Source of the DNA: a bacterium
Lineage (GTDB): Bacteria; Margulisbacteria; WOR-1; O2-12-FULL-45-9; XYB2-FULL-48-7
Length of the DNA stretch: 60,222 bases
Direction of reading: 5' to 3'
Assembly (NCBI GenBank): GCA_043812655.1
Contig: JBDRLW010000029.1
Location: 1 to 60,222 of the forward strand
Part shown: piece by piece, positions 48,557-58,032 of the stretch
How positions within the stretch are numbered: the first letter of the stretch is position 1
Layout of the letters: the number at the start of each line of letters is the position of its first letter
The notes under the pieces: generated by a model
What the model was told of the DNA's origin: nothing
What the model saw: only the letters and a program-made list of their open reading frames with translations
Database searches by the model: none
Position numbers and translations under genes: made by a program

Positions 48557-49561
48557 TCACTTAACAATCGTTACTGCCTTCCATGGGGATATTTTTAATA
48601 TATCTCTCCAATAATTCAGCATATCTTCTAATGTCTTCTCTAGCGGAATTATCGGTTCCCAGCCGGTTTCTTTTTTAAATTTATCAGTGCAGGGAATTTG
48701 CAAAGTCACGTCAGACGGCCTGATGAGCGCCGGATCAACCCTAATCTCTACCTTTGTTTTAGAAAAAGATAATAATATGTCTAAAGCTTCCCCAATGGTT
48801 TGAGTGCGATTCCCGCCAATATTATATACTTCGCCCGGCTGGCATTTATGCAGTAATAACCAATAAGCTTTAACCGCATCCCTGACATCAGCAAAGGTCC
48901 TAACTGATTGAAGATTTCCAACCCGAATAACCGGCGGAAGGAGCCCAAGCTCTGCCGCCGCTATTTGTTTAGCAAAAAACGACATGGCAAAAACGTCACC
49001 TCTGCGGGGCCCAGTGTGAGTAAACATTCTAGTACGGATAGTTTTCATCTTAAAAGAAAGCCAATATTGAAGCGCCACCATATCTTCCCCTACTTTACTG
49101 ACGGCATATGGAGACGCGGGTCTTAGTGGGCAATTTTCGGTAATTGGAACATTTTCCTTTGTGACCTGGCCATAAACTTCTGAAGACGAGCAAATATGGA
49201 TCATGGGATCGAGCTCGGAAATCCTAACCGCTTCTAAAACATTGGTAGTTCCAATGACATTTGACCATAAGGTCTGGATTGGCGAATTGAAGCTAGTCAA
49301 CACATAGCTTTGAGCCGCTAAATGAAAAATAAGATCTGGCTTAACCGCTTTAAAGTGGCGGATCAAGGCACTTAAGTCACATAGATCGGCATCTAGAATG
49401 TTTATTTTATTATAAACTTTTTCTAAATTATCTTTAGGGCTTCGCCATCGGCACAAACCATAAACCTTATACCCTTCATTAAGTCCTAAAATATATTCTG
49501 CTAAATGACTACCAACAAAACCGGTTATGCCGGTTATTAAGACATTCTTATTCTTTTTCAT
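48557..49561 (-). CDS. GDP-mannose 4,6-dehydratase family SDR
   Basis: TGITGFVGSH, HLAAQS, SSSEVYG, SPYAVSK, FTHTGPRR, GNLQSVR. Confidence 0.88.
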   Translation of the reverse strand: MKKNKNVLITGITGFVGSHLAEYILGLNEGYKVYGLCRWRSPKDNLEKVYNKINILDADLCDLSALIRHFKAVKPDLIFHLAAQSYVLTSFNSPIQTLWSNVIGTTNVLEAVRISELDPMIHICSSSEVYGQVTKENVPITENCPLRPASPYAVSKVGEDMVALQYWLSFKMKTIRTRMFTHTGPRRGDVFAMSFFAKQIAAAELGLLPPVIRVGNLQSVRTFADVRDAVKAYWLLLHKCQPGEVYNIGGNRTQTIGEALDILLSFSKTKVEIRVDPALIRPSDVTLQIPCTDKFKKETGWEPIIPLEKTLEDMLNYWRDILKISPWKAVTIVK

Positions 49562-49580
49562 ATTAAGACAAGTTCACCTA

Positions 49581-50906
49581 TTAGCAGCCTTTAAATTCTG
49601 TTTTCCATTCAAAGCGCGGCCGGACAACGCCTATCCAGGTTCCGCCATATTCCTTGCGCATCCCTCCGGTATCGATCACCCCAAAAGAGATCGCATTTTT
49701 AACAAAAGCTTCTGCTTTGACTGAGTTAAATGGAGTAACGTAAGAACTAATATAATAAGTCCCCTCATTTAAGAAATTACCTGGTATCCGACAGGTTGAG
49801 CGGAATAAACCAATTGGGCTGGGCTTCCCATACCATTGGTCAGGAGCCAAGCTCGCAGAAGGAAGATTCCCTGTTGCAAACACTATGGTTCCATTGTTAT
49901 CAAGCAAATGAAATGAGGACATAAGTTTTGCCCCCTCTCTAAAATTCCAGAAACAATGTTCAATAAAAAAGTCTTTTTGGATGTCGACATTAGACACGGA
50001 TTCGCCTTGATGCGACAAGATCCTAACAGCATGAAGCCTCACATTTTTGTTCCCCGGAGCAGTCGTAGGATTTGACCAAATCATCTCACTTTTACTGTGC
50101 TCTTCTTTCATATATTCCTCAACAACTTTTGCTGTCGGACCAATTGAAATAACCTTACCCTTTTCCAGCAAGATCGTCCGGCGGCATAAATTCATAACGC
50201 TCGCCATATTATGGCTTACAATCAATACTGTTCGCCCCTGATTTGCGACCTCCCCCATTTTCCCTAAACATTTTTTCTGGAACTCAAAATCCCCAACAGC
50301 CAACACCTCATCAACAATTAAGATCTCCGGATCTAGATGTGCCGCTACAGCAAAAGCCAGCCGAACATACATTCCAGAAGAATAACGCTTAACTGGTGTA
50401 TCGATAAATTCTTCTACTCCAGAAAAATCAACGATTTCATCGAACTTTCGGGCAACTTCTAACTTTCTCATCCCTAGCATCGCCCCATTAAGATAAATAT
50501 TTTCCCGCCCAGAAAGTTCTCCGTGGAAGCCGGTGCCGACCTCAAGGAGAGAAGCCGTCCGGCCCCGCAAAACCGCTTGTCCAGAGGTCGGCTCGGTTAT
50601 GCGAGAAAGGATCTTTAGTAGTGTCGATTTGCCAGCCCCGTTCTTGCCGATGATGCCAACAACCTCTCCCTTCTTCACAGAAAAAGAAACTTCTTTTAAC
50701 GCCCAAAAAGTGTTTGGTTCCGTCCCCGCTTGGGGGTGATCTTTTTCGATCAATAAGCCGCTGGCACCAAGCTTTGTTTTCAGGCGCGCCCGCCCCAAAA
50801 GCCTATTCCAGCGACGTTCCAGGGAATCACGCAAAGTCGTGGCACCTATAATCCCCAACCGATAAAGTTTGGAAATGCTTTCAATCTCTATAATTGGTTT
50901 ACTCAT
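49581..50906 (-). CDS. wzt: Polysaccharide ABC transporter ATP-binding subunit with C-terminal carbohydrate-binding domain
   Basis: GKNGAGKST, SLLEVGTGFH, YSSGMYVRL, IVDE; Wzt_C-like tail. Confidence 0.93.
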   Translation of the reverse strand: MSKPIIEIESISKLYRLGIIGATTLRDSLERRWNRLLGRARLKTKLGASGLLIEKDHPQAGTEPNTFWALKEVSFSVKKGEVVGIIGKNGAGKSTLLKILSRITEPTSGQAVLRGRTASLLEVGTGFHGELSGRENIYLNGAMLGMRKLEVARKFDEIVDFSGVEEFIDTPVKRYSSGMYVRLAFAVAAHLDPEILIVDEVLAVGDFEFQKKCLGKMGEVANQGRTVLIVSHNMASVMNLCRRTILLEKGKVISIGPTAKVVEEYMKEEHSKSEMIWSNPTTAPGNKNVRLHAVRILSHQGESVSNVDIQKDFFIEHCFWNFREGAKLMSSFHLLDNNGTIVFATGNLPSASLAPDQWYGKPSPIGLFRSTCRIPGNFLNEGTYYISSYVTPFNSVKAEAFVKNAISFGVIDTGGMRKEYGGTWIGVVRPRFEWKTEFKGC

Positions 50907-51760
50907 TAAATAATATCCACAAAAGTCCGCTCGGTCTTATTGAAAATAAATATCCCCGTGAATAAGACAAAAATAGAAATAGCAACTGAAAAAAGCAGGT
51001 ACGCTGGGCTAACAAAACCAACCCCTAAAAAGGCATAGCGAAACAATTCGACAATCGGCGCCATGGGGTTTATCGCCACTAAAAAATCCCATTTTTTGGG
51101 GATCAACGAGATCGGATAAATGATCGGCGTGGCATACATCCAAAGTTGGATCAAAAAACCAGACATTTGGGATAGATCGCGATATTTGGCAGTTAAAGCT
51201 GCCATCCATAAACCAAAACCCATACCCAGGACTGCTATTTGCACAATAAGGAGCGGTAGAACAAGAATAAATAAATTTGGCCGGATGCTGGCGGCAGCTA
51301 AAGTAAAATATTTATAATAAAATAAAAAACCGAGTAGAGTTATGAGCTGTACAAGCAAGGTAAATAGGTTAGAGATAATAGCAGAAAAAGGGATAATTAA
51401 CCTTGGAAAATAGACCTTGCTAAATAGATGGGCATTGCCGGTTAAGGTCCCGGCAGTAGCGCCAAAACAACTAGCAAAATAATTCCACGCTAATAAGCCG
51501 GTAAGGTAAAAAAGGAGCGGCGGCATCCCATCGGTCGGGATTCTCGCTACATTTCCAAAAATAACCGTAAAAACCAAAGTGGTAGCTAGCGGTTGGATAA
51601 TAAACCACAGGGGACCCAAAATTGTTTGCACATATTTAGCCAAAAAATCGCGCCGGACCAAAAGGAACATCAGGTCGCGATATTGGATGATTCCCTGCCA
51701 GTCAAGGTAAAGCCAGCCTTTATTTGGCTGGATAGTAATTTCATTTTTAGCCATTATCAT
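50906..51760 (-). CDS. wzm: Polysaccharide ABC transporter permease
   Basis: RDFLAKYVQTILG, KVYFPR, KYRD, YATPIIYP, NPM. Confidence 0.93.
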   Translation of the reverse strand: MIMAKNEITIQPNKGWLYLDWQGIIQYRDLMFLLVRRDFLAKYVQTILGPLWFIIQPLATTLVFTVIFGNVARIPTDGMPPLLFYLTGLLAWNYFASCFGATAGTLTGNAHLFSKVYFPRLIIPFSAIISNLFTLLVQLITLLGFLFYYKYFTLAAASIRPNLFILVLPLLIVQIAVLGMGFGLWMAALTAKYRDLSQMSGFLIQLWMYATPIIYPISLIPKKWDFLVAINPMAPIVELFRYAFLGVGFVSPAYLLFSVAISIFVLFTGIFIFNKTERTFVDII

Positions 51761-54700
51761 TTCCCGCTTCTATAATTTTTTGTTTTAAGCTTGTTTCATC
51801 CATAGTAGCAACCAATCTTTTAAGTTCCTCGATCGTCTGGCCAAATTCTGCCCGATTCAAGCAATAACCGTTACCCGCAGCCAAGATCCGCGGATGTTCG
51901 GTCTTTTCCAGGCTATCGCTTTGGACATGCAAAAACTCATTCAGCGTCTCGCCCGCCCGCAAACCAACATATTTGATCTCGATCTCACGACCTGACTGCT
52001 CGATCAACTCCCGGGCTAGATCTACTATTTTAACCGGTTCACCCATATCAAGGCAATAGATATGACCACTTTTGCCAAGCCGAGCCGCTTGAATTATCAA
52101 CTCAACCGCTTCTGGAATGGTCATAAAAAAGCGCGCCATCTCTGGGTGGGTAATGGTGATCGGACCGCCGCTGGCGATCTGTTTTTTAAATAAAGGGATC
52201 ACGCTTCCTTCGCTCTCAATAACGTTGCCGAACCTCACGATCACATACTTTGTTTGGCTTCGCCCAGCTAGTTCTTGCAGAACTTTTTCCGCCAAGCGTT
52301 TGGTCGCACCCATGACATTTTTAGGATAAACCGCTTTGTCAGTCGAAACTAAAACAAACTCAGCCACTCCAAATTCGTGTGCCAGCTCCGCTACAGACTT
52401 AGTTCCTAAAACGTTATTCGCCGCCGCTTCGATCGGGTGTTCTTCCATCAGATAAACATGTTTATGCGCCGCGGCGTGGAAAACCACTTCCGGCCGGAAC
52501 CGGCCGAATATCTCCCTTAGCCTTTTCTCTTCTTTGATGTCGAGGATCAAAGCCGTAAACCGTAGGTTAGGGAACCTCAAGGCCAACTCCTGGGTCAAAT
52601 AATGGGTCCTATTTTCATCCCGCTCCAGCAAGATCATTTCCCTGGCCCCTTGGGCCGCCAGCTGAAAGCACACTTCCCGGCCGATCGAGCCCCCCGCGCC
52701 CGTAACCATCACGGCTTGCCCTTTTTGTTGATCAGGCATAGTAAAGTTCTTGCCCCTAGCCCTCTTAACCGCTCTGCAAACCCGCAAAACATCTTCTTTT
52801 TTCATCTGGGAATAAAGCGGCAAATCAATAACTTCACTCGCTACCCGGTCGGTCACCGGCAGGCTGCCAGCCGTAAAAGTTTGGTAAACTTTTTGCCGGT
52901 GGACTGGCGGAAAGTAATATTTTTTTGTGGCAATATTTTTTTCGGCCAGCGCCTCTGCCAAGCGATCGCGGCTCAAGCCGAACTTTGCCGGGTCAATTAA
53001 AACTGATAAGTCTTTATAAGTCGTTCGATCGCCCCCATTAACTTTTTGGAACTTTATACCCGGCAGATCTCCCAGTTCCGCTTTATATAAAGCAGCTAAA
53101 GCCTGGCGGTTTCTAATGTATTGTTCAACCAGTTCGAGGTTTTTTATCCCCAGGGCGGCATGCAGTTCGGATAACCGCGCGTTCAAACCGGCAAATTCGG
53201 GGTCGTAATCGCCGGAGTTGCCATAGTCCCGGCCGATCCTGATCAACCTGGCTAGTTCATCATTATTGGTCGCGACAATTCCCCCTTCACCGGCGGTCAA
53301 GATCTTCGTTGGTGAGAGGCTGAAAACTTCAACGTCACCAAAGCTGCCGGCTAACCGTCCCTGATACTTTGCACCAAAAGCGTGGGCCGCGTCAAAGATC
53401 AGCCGCAGGTCATGTTTTTTAGCGATCTCTTCCAGCCGCTCTATTTTTGGGGGAACACCCGAAACATAAACCGCCACTATCGCCGCTGTCCGGCTGGTTA
53501 TTTTGGCTTCGATCAATTCAGGATCAAGCGTGAAAGTCTCCGGATCGCAATCGACAAAAACCGGCGTCAAATTATTCCAAAGCAGGGCGTGGGCGGTCGC
53601 GCTAAAAGTAAAGCTGGGCAAGATCACCTCGCCTTTTAACCCCAGCGCTTTCAAGGCCAAGATCAACCCGCTGGTGCAATTTGCAACGGCTACCGCATGT
53701 TTAACTCCAAGGTAGGCCGCTGTTTTGACTTCAAACCTATCAACATAATCCGCGTTAGTGATCTGCCCGGATGCCAAAATTTCTTTAAAGTCCTCTTCTA
53801 TCGCTGTGTAGTCAGGTAAGCTTGGTTTAGCTATTTGGATGTTGCTGGGTGCGTCAGGATCAAAGATCCCTTTTTTTACTTGGAAAAAAACTAAAGAGAT
53901 CGACCCTAGGATGCCAACAAATAAAAAATGGGTTAACAACGTTTCCGGCCGAAGCATTAAAGCGAACCAGCCAAAGGCTACCCCTCCCAACCAAAAGATC
54001 AAGACCGCCCTCTGTTGGCTCATCCCCTGGCGAATTATCAATAGGTCATAGAGATGTTCCCGGTCGCCATCAAAGAGCGGGCGGCGGCTAAGCAGACGGC
54101 GGACCACGCTGACTGATGTATCCAAGATCGGCATCCCCAGGATCAAGACCGGGATCAATAACGGCCAGGCATTATCCCTGTGCATCGTCGTTAAAAGACC
54201 AACAACAGCCAGTATCAAGCCAAAAAAGACCGAGCCCGTATCGCCCATAAATATTTTAGCCGGGTGAAAGTTATATTTTAAAAAAGCCAAGGCCGAACCA
54301 GCAACCAAAGCCGCCAGGGAAGCGGCTAAAATATTGCCGATAAGCAAAGAATAAACCAGGAAAAATGAGGCCGCGATAAAAGCCAACCCGGCAGCCAGCC
54401 CGTCCAGGCCGTCAACTAAATTAAATGAGTTGGTCATCCCCATCACCCAGAAAATAGTCAAGGGGAGGCTGAAGTATTCGGGCAGGAAACCAACCCTTAA
54501 ACCAGAAAAGGCCAAGATCGCCCCAGCCAGGAACTGGAAGCCAAAACGCAAGATCGGCGAGACCCGCTTGGTGTCATCGATCACACAGACAATGCCCAGC
54601 ATTCCCACCGCCGTTAAAATACCAGGCAAATATCCATAAAAACCAATTTTGGGCAAAGCCATAAAAAGGGCGGCAAAAAAAACTAGGCCGCCTAATTTTG

Positions 54701-54830
54701 GGATCGGTTTAGTATGGATCTTTAACCGTCCGGGCTTGTCATACCAGCCAAAAATCCCAGACAGCTTTATTACCAGTGGAGTAAGCAAGAAAACAGCAAT
54801 AAAAGAGATCAAAAATGTGTCGAGGATCAT
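51747..54830 (-). CDS. Triple fusion: WecA/TagO-type undecaprenyl-P HexNAc-1-P transferase + DegT/DnrJ aminotransferase + PglF/CapD-type 4,6-dehydratase
   Basis: aa ~1-320 (IDD, NLVDGLDGLA, FMGDTG, DREHL); ~330-695 (FDAAHA, SLSPTK..GEGG); ~700-1027 (TGAGGSIG, HAAAHKHV, STDKAV, MGATKR, RFGNV); single uninterrupted frame. Confidence 0.92.
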   Translation of the reverse strand: MILDTFLISFIAVFLLTPLVIKLSGIFGWYDKPGRLKIHTKPIPKLGGLVFFAALFMALPKIGFYGYLPGILTAVGMLGIVCVIDDTKRVSPILRFGFQFLAGAILAFSGLRVGFLPEYFSLPLTIFWVMGMTNSFNLVDGLDGLAAGLAFIAASFFLVYSLLIGNILAASLAALVAGSALAFLKYNFHPAKIFMGDTGSVFFGLILAVVGLLTTMHRDNAWPLLIPVLILGMPILDTSVSVVRRLLSRRPLFDGDREHLYDLLIIRQGMSQQRAVLIFWLGGVAFGWFALMLRPETLLTHFLFVGILGSISLVFFQVKKGIFDPDAPSNIQIAKPSLPDYTAIEEDFKEILASGQITNADYVDRFEVKTAAYLGVKHAVAVANCTSGLILALKALGLKGEVILPSFTFSATAHALLWNNLTPVFVDCDPETFTLDPELIEAKITSRTAAIVAVYVSGVPPKIERLEEIAKKHDLRLIFDAAHAFGAKYQGRLAGSFGDVEVFSLSPTKILTAGEGGIVATNNDELARLIRIGRDYGNSGDYDPEFAGLNARLSELHAALGIKNLELVEQYIRNRQALAALYKAELGDLPGIKFQKVNGGDRTTYKDLSVLIDPAKFGLSRDRLAEALAEKNIATKKYYFPPVHRQKVYQTFTAGSLPVTDRVASEVIDLPLYSQMKKEDVLRVCRAVKRARGKNFTMPDQQKGQAVMVTGAGGSIGREVCFQLAAQGAREMILLERDENRTHYLTQELALRFPNLRFTALILDIKEEKRLREIFGRFRPEVVFHAAAHKHVYLMEEHPIEAAANNVLGTKSVAELAHEFGVAEFVLVSTDKAVYPKNVMGATKRLAEKVLQELAGRSQTKYVIVRFGNVIESEGSVIPLFKKQIASGGPITITHPEMARFFMTIPEAVELIIQAARLGKSGHIYCLDMGEPVKIVDLARELIEQSGREIEIKYVGLRAGETLNEFLHVQSDSLEKTEHPRILAAGNGYCLNRAEFGQTIEELKRLVATMDETSLKQKIIEAGNDNG

Positions 54831-54831
54831 T

Positions 54832-56460
54832 CTACCATTCTACCACAATTGGCCTTAAACCTACCTCCCCAAAGGATAATAACCAAGTTATAGCTACTTT
54901 CCCAAATGTTGTTTTTGCCGTCATTTCTGCCGCTTCAGCCCGGCTGATCTTCCGATAAGGCTCAAATTTCTGAGATTCTTTTAAATAATTCAAGACCCCC
55001 GCCTCTTTGGCCGCCAAGATCACTGGTGCCGCCCAATAACGGGGCCTAACGTCGGTAAACCCTGTCGTCACATCGCCTGAAATAAGCGGTAAACGGTCAA
55101 AGCGGGCAATGACCGCAACTGATTCCGCCCGGGTAATATTGCCATTCACGACAAACATCCCGCTCGGATAACCGACCACTAGCCCAGCTTTGGCTGAATC
55201 AGCGATCAGGCTATGCGCCCAGTGATGTGCCGGTACATCCGGAAAAGGCGCTACAACTTCACCTGTAGGATAGACCCTGGTCCTTTCCAGGATCGCCGCA
55301 AATTCCGCGCGCGTCAAATATCTTTCTGGCTTAAATTCACCGTCAGGATAACCTTTTAGTATCCCCATGGTGGCTAAATATTCGATCGGACCGTTGGCCC
55401 AAAAATTATTAGGGACATCATCAAAAGCCGCCAGCCGCAAGACCCTGATCTCGGTCTTGATCGGTTTGCCTATTTTTGGCTGCCCAACCACGATCAAACG
55501 ATTAAAACCGATCTTGAGCGGGACTTCTACTTCAAACGAACCGCCGATAGGGCTAACCGTTAAGTCATTAACTGAAACAGTAACGATCTTCTTTGTCCTG
55601 CCCTTAACCATTATTTTTTGGGCATGGGTTATAGTTTTGTCAGCTGGAGAGTCAACAATCATGTAATGGTCAACAATTGGCTCTTTATATTTAAATCCGA
55701 GCTCCAGCCTGGGAGTCATATAGCGGTTATAGGGATCCCAAAGATAAGGGTGGTGCAAGATAACATTATCAATTTCACAGATCGCCAGCGTCGCGGTCAA
55801 ACTTTCAGAGAGCGTGTATTCCGCGCCAGCATTCACGTCACGGCCGTCAACTTCTAACGCCAGGGAAAAGACCTGGCCTGTATTGCCAAGATAAAAATCT
55901 TTAGTAAAGCCAAAGAAAATACCGAACATAGCCCGGGAAAAAACCTCATCCCCCACGAACCGCCCCCTCCCGATCCCGGCATGGATCGTCCCGATGTCCA
56001 AATGCTTTGTCCCGACAATATAGGGGGAATTTTGGTCTTGGTTTGGCAGGACAAATAAATTTTTGTCGCCGCCAATATTTTGGAGGCCAACCGCCAAAGC
56101 CGGGAAATATTCTTCTTCATCATGGACCTTTAAGTTGAAAGAACCGGTCGCACCTTTTATCCCCCGCGCGTTATAGATCCCCGTAAGACCAACCTCTAAA
56201 TTATCAAACAGGCCAACGGTCAACTTCGCGGCCGCCTTATATTCCTCGCTCCGCCAATCGGTGATAATAAAAGGGAAATAGGCGGAATAACCGCTCAACG
56301 AGATTTTTCCAGGCGGCAGGACTTCCGCCACCGGGATATCAATGGTCTGGGCTGAAACTGAACCAACCAGTAAGATCACAGCTAGAAGAATAAATCCCCA
56401 CACCAAAATTCTACCTGCTCGGGCAGGATGTTTTGTTGTGGGGATAAATCGTCTCTTCAT
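54832..56460 (-). CDS. Secreted protein: beta-rich (YjbH-like, probably outer-membrane) N-domain + Ig-like domain + three SLH repeats
   Basis: Signal peptide; PALAVG and alternating beta strands; FDDVPNNFWA...GYPDGEFKP...TRAE, FPDV...TRAE, FTDV...SRAE. Confidence 0.82.
   Translation of the reverse strand: MKRRFIPTTKHPARAGRILVWGFILLAVILLVGSVSAQTIDIPVAEVLPPGKISLSGYSAYFPFIITDWRSEEYKAAAKLTVGLFDNLEVGLTGIYNARGIKGATGSFNLKVHDEEEYFPALAVGLQNIGGDKNLFVLPNQDQNSPYIVGTKHLDIGTIHAGIGRGRFVGDEVFSRAMFGIFFGFTKDFYLGNTGQVFSLALEVDGRDVNAGAEYTLSESLTATLAICEIDNVILHHPYLWDPYNRYMTPRLELGFKYKEPIVDHYMIVDSPADKTITHAQKIMVKGRTKKIVTVSVNDLTVSPIGGSFEVEVPLKIGFNRLIVVGQPKIGKPIKTEIRVLRLAAFDDVPNNFWANGPIEYLATMGILKGYPDGEFKPERYLTRAEFAAILERTRVYPTGEVVAPFPDVPAHHWAHSLIADSAKAGLVVGYPSGMFVVNGNITRAESVAVIARFDRLPLISGDVTTGFTDVRPRYWAAPVILAAKEAGVLNYLKESQKFEPYRKISRAEAAEMTAKTTFGKVAITWLLSFGEVGLRPIVVEW
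56390..56450. repeat. 54-nt in-frame palindromic insertion flanked by a 7-nt direct repeat, in the signal peptide
   Basis: Arms atccccacaccaaaa (56394-56408) / ttttgttgtggggat (56431-56445), inner cctgc-tcgg-gcagg; ataaatc repeated at 56390 and 56444. Confidence 0.8.
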
Positions 56461-58031
56461 TGCTCCAAGTTTTTATCATGGTAATGATAACTGTGATAGC
56501 GAGAACCGGCTCTCCCGGGCATCACCCGCTGAAGGACAAAACCCAAAAGATTGGTTTTGCCGCATATTATGATCTGGCCGCACTGTGCCAGGTCTTTACT
56601 GGAAGAGCGGCTATCAACCACCATGATCACCCCGGAAACACGGGCAGAGAGGATCACCGCATCGGTCACCGAGATCAAAGGGGGCGTGTCGTAAATAATA
56701 AAATCCGCTAACCCCTCCAATTGGCGCATCAAGCCGAACATTTTCTCTGAAAGTAAAAGCTCTGCTGGATTATCGGGGATCGATCCGCTAGGTAAGACCC
56801 TCAAACCCGGAAACTCCGTTTCGGTCAAGGCAGATTCGAGGCTGGCATCACCCAAAATAATATCTGATAAGCCCGGCTTGTTTCCCGTTTGAAATATTTT
56901 ATGGATTACTGGCTTTCTCATGTCAGCATCGACCACGATCACGCTTTTTCCTATATTAGCCTGACAGACCGCCAAATTAGATGCCGTTGTCGATTTTCCT
57001 TCTCCATCCTTGCAAGAAGTGACCACCAAACTTTTAAGCGGTGCCTCTAGATCAAGGAAGCAAAGATTGGTGCGCAAGGCCCGGTAAGCCTCAGCCGCCG
57101 GAGAGTTGGGCTGGCCTTTCATCACTAAAAAATCATGCTCGCTCGGTTTTTCGCAAAAGGCTTTTATCCCCCGGCATAGCTTTTTTTCCGGAATTAAGCC
57201 CAACAGCCCCGTATTCAAAACGGTTTTTACTTCCTCAACATCTTTTACGCTGTCATCAAAATACTCAAGAAAGTAAGCCAGACCTATCCCTAGAACCCCG
57301 CCAAGCAGGATGCCAAACAAAAAATTTACGCGCCTATTTGGTTTAAATGGCCCGCTTGGCAACATCGCTCTTTCTATTATTTTTGCGCTATCCGGTCTTA
57401 GCCCCTCCACTCTGGTCGCTTCAGACAAACGCAAATTTTGTATTTGCTGCAGGTATTTCATATAAGCCTGCTCCGCGATCTTAATGGTACGGACATTAGT
57501 GGCCGGCATAACACTCTTTCTGAGCGGCCCTTCCGCCATATTAAGCTCTTCCTCCATCGCTACCTTCTGTTTTTCAAGGTACTCCCGCCATCTTTTCATC
57601 CCTTCATCATCTTCTTTCAGGTTTTTTTCTTCGTAGTACTCCGCTATCCTATTAGCGATAAGGGCCGCTTTTTCCGGTTCCGTGCTGTCAACATTTATCT
57701 CGATCAACTGGGTATCCCTAATCCCGTTAAAGGAGAGGGCTTTATTCAGCTTGGTCAAAGTCAACGGCTTGCCCTCTAGTTTTTTAAAAGGCAAAGCGCT
57801 GATCACTTTTGGCAGATCTTGACGAATATAGGTGATCTGTATATCTTGGGCGACGCTAAGAGAGGAGCCAGCCCTGGCATTTTTTGCGCCGATCTGGATC
57901 TTGGCGGTTGCCCGATAGATCGGCGTCTGAATTAAAGTCCCGATGGCTATGACCATGAAAACACTGACAAAAACCAGGATGATCTGCCATTTTCTTTTGA
58001 TAATTATTCTTAAATAATCATCACTGTTCAA
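56457..58031 (-). CDS. wzc: Polysaccharide co-polymerase / BY-kinase (Wzc-like)
   Basis: Two TM with PFKP motif, AEAYRALRTNL, Walker A SCKDGEGKST, DADMRKP, DTPP, Tyr-rich tail. Confidence 0.92.
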   Translation of the reverse strand: MNSDDYLRIIIKRKWQIILVFVSVFMVIAIGTLIQTPIYRATAKIQIGAKNARAGSSLSVAQDIQITYIRQDLPKVISALPFKKLEGKPLTLTKLNKALSFNGIRDTQLIEINVDSTEPEKAALIANRIAEYYEEKNLKEDDEGMKRWREYLEKQKVAMEEELNMAEGPLRKSVMPATNVRTIKIAEQAYMKYLQQIQNLRLSEATRVEGLRPDSAKIIERAMLPSGPFKPNRRVNFLFGILLGGVLGIGLAYFLEYFDDSVKDVEEVKTVLNTGLLGLIPEKKLCRGIKAFCEKPSEHDFLVMKGQPNSPAAEAYRALRTNLCFLDLEAPLKSLVVTSCKDGEGKSTTASNLAVCQANIGKSVIVVDADMRKPVIHKIFQTGNKPGLSDIILGDASLESALTETEFPGLRVLPSGSIPDNPAELLLSEKMFGLMRQLEGLADFIIYDTPPLISVTDAVILSARVSGVIMVVDSRSSSKDLAQCGQIIICGKTNLLGFVLQRVMPGRAGSRYHSYHYHDKNLEQ

Positions 58032-58032
58032 A

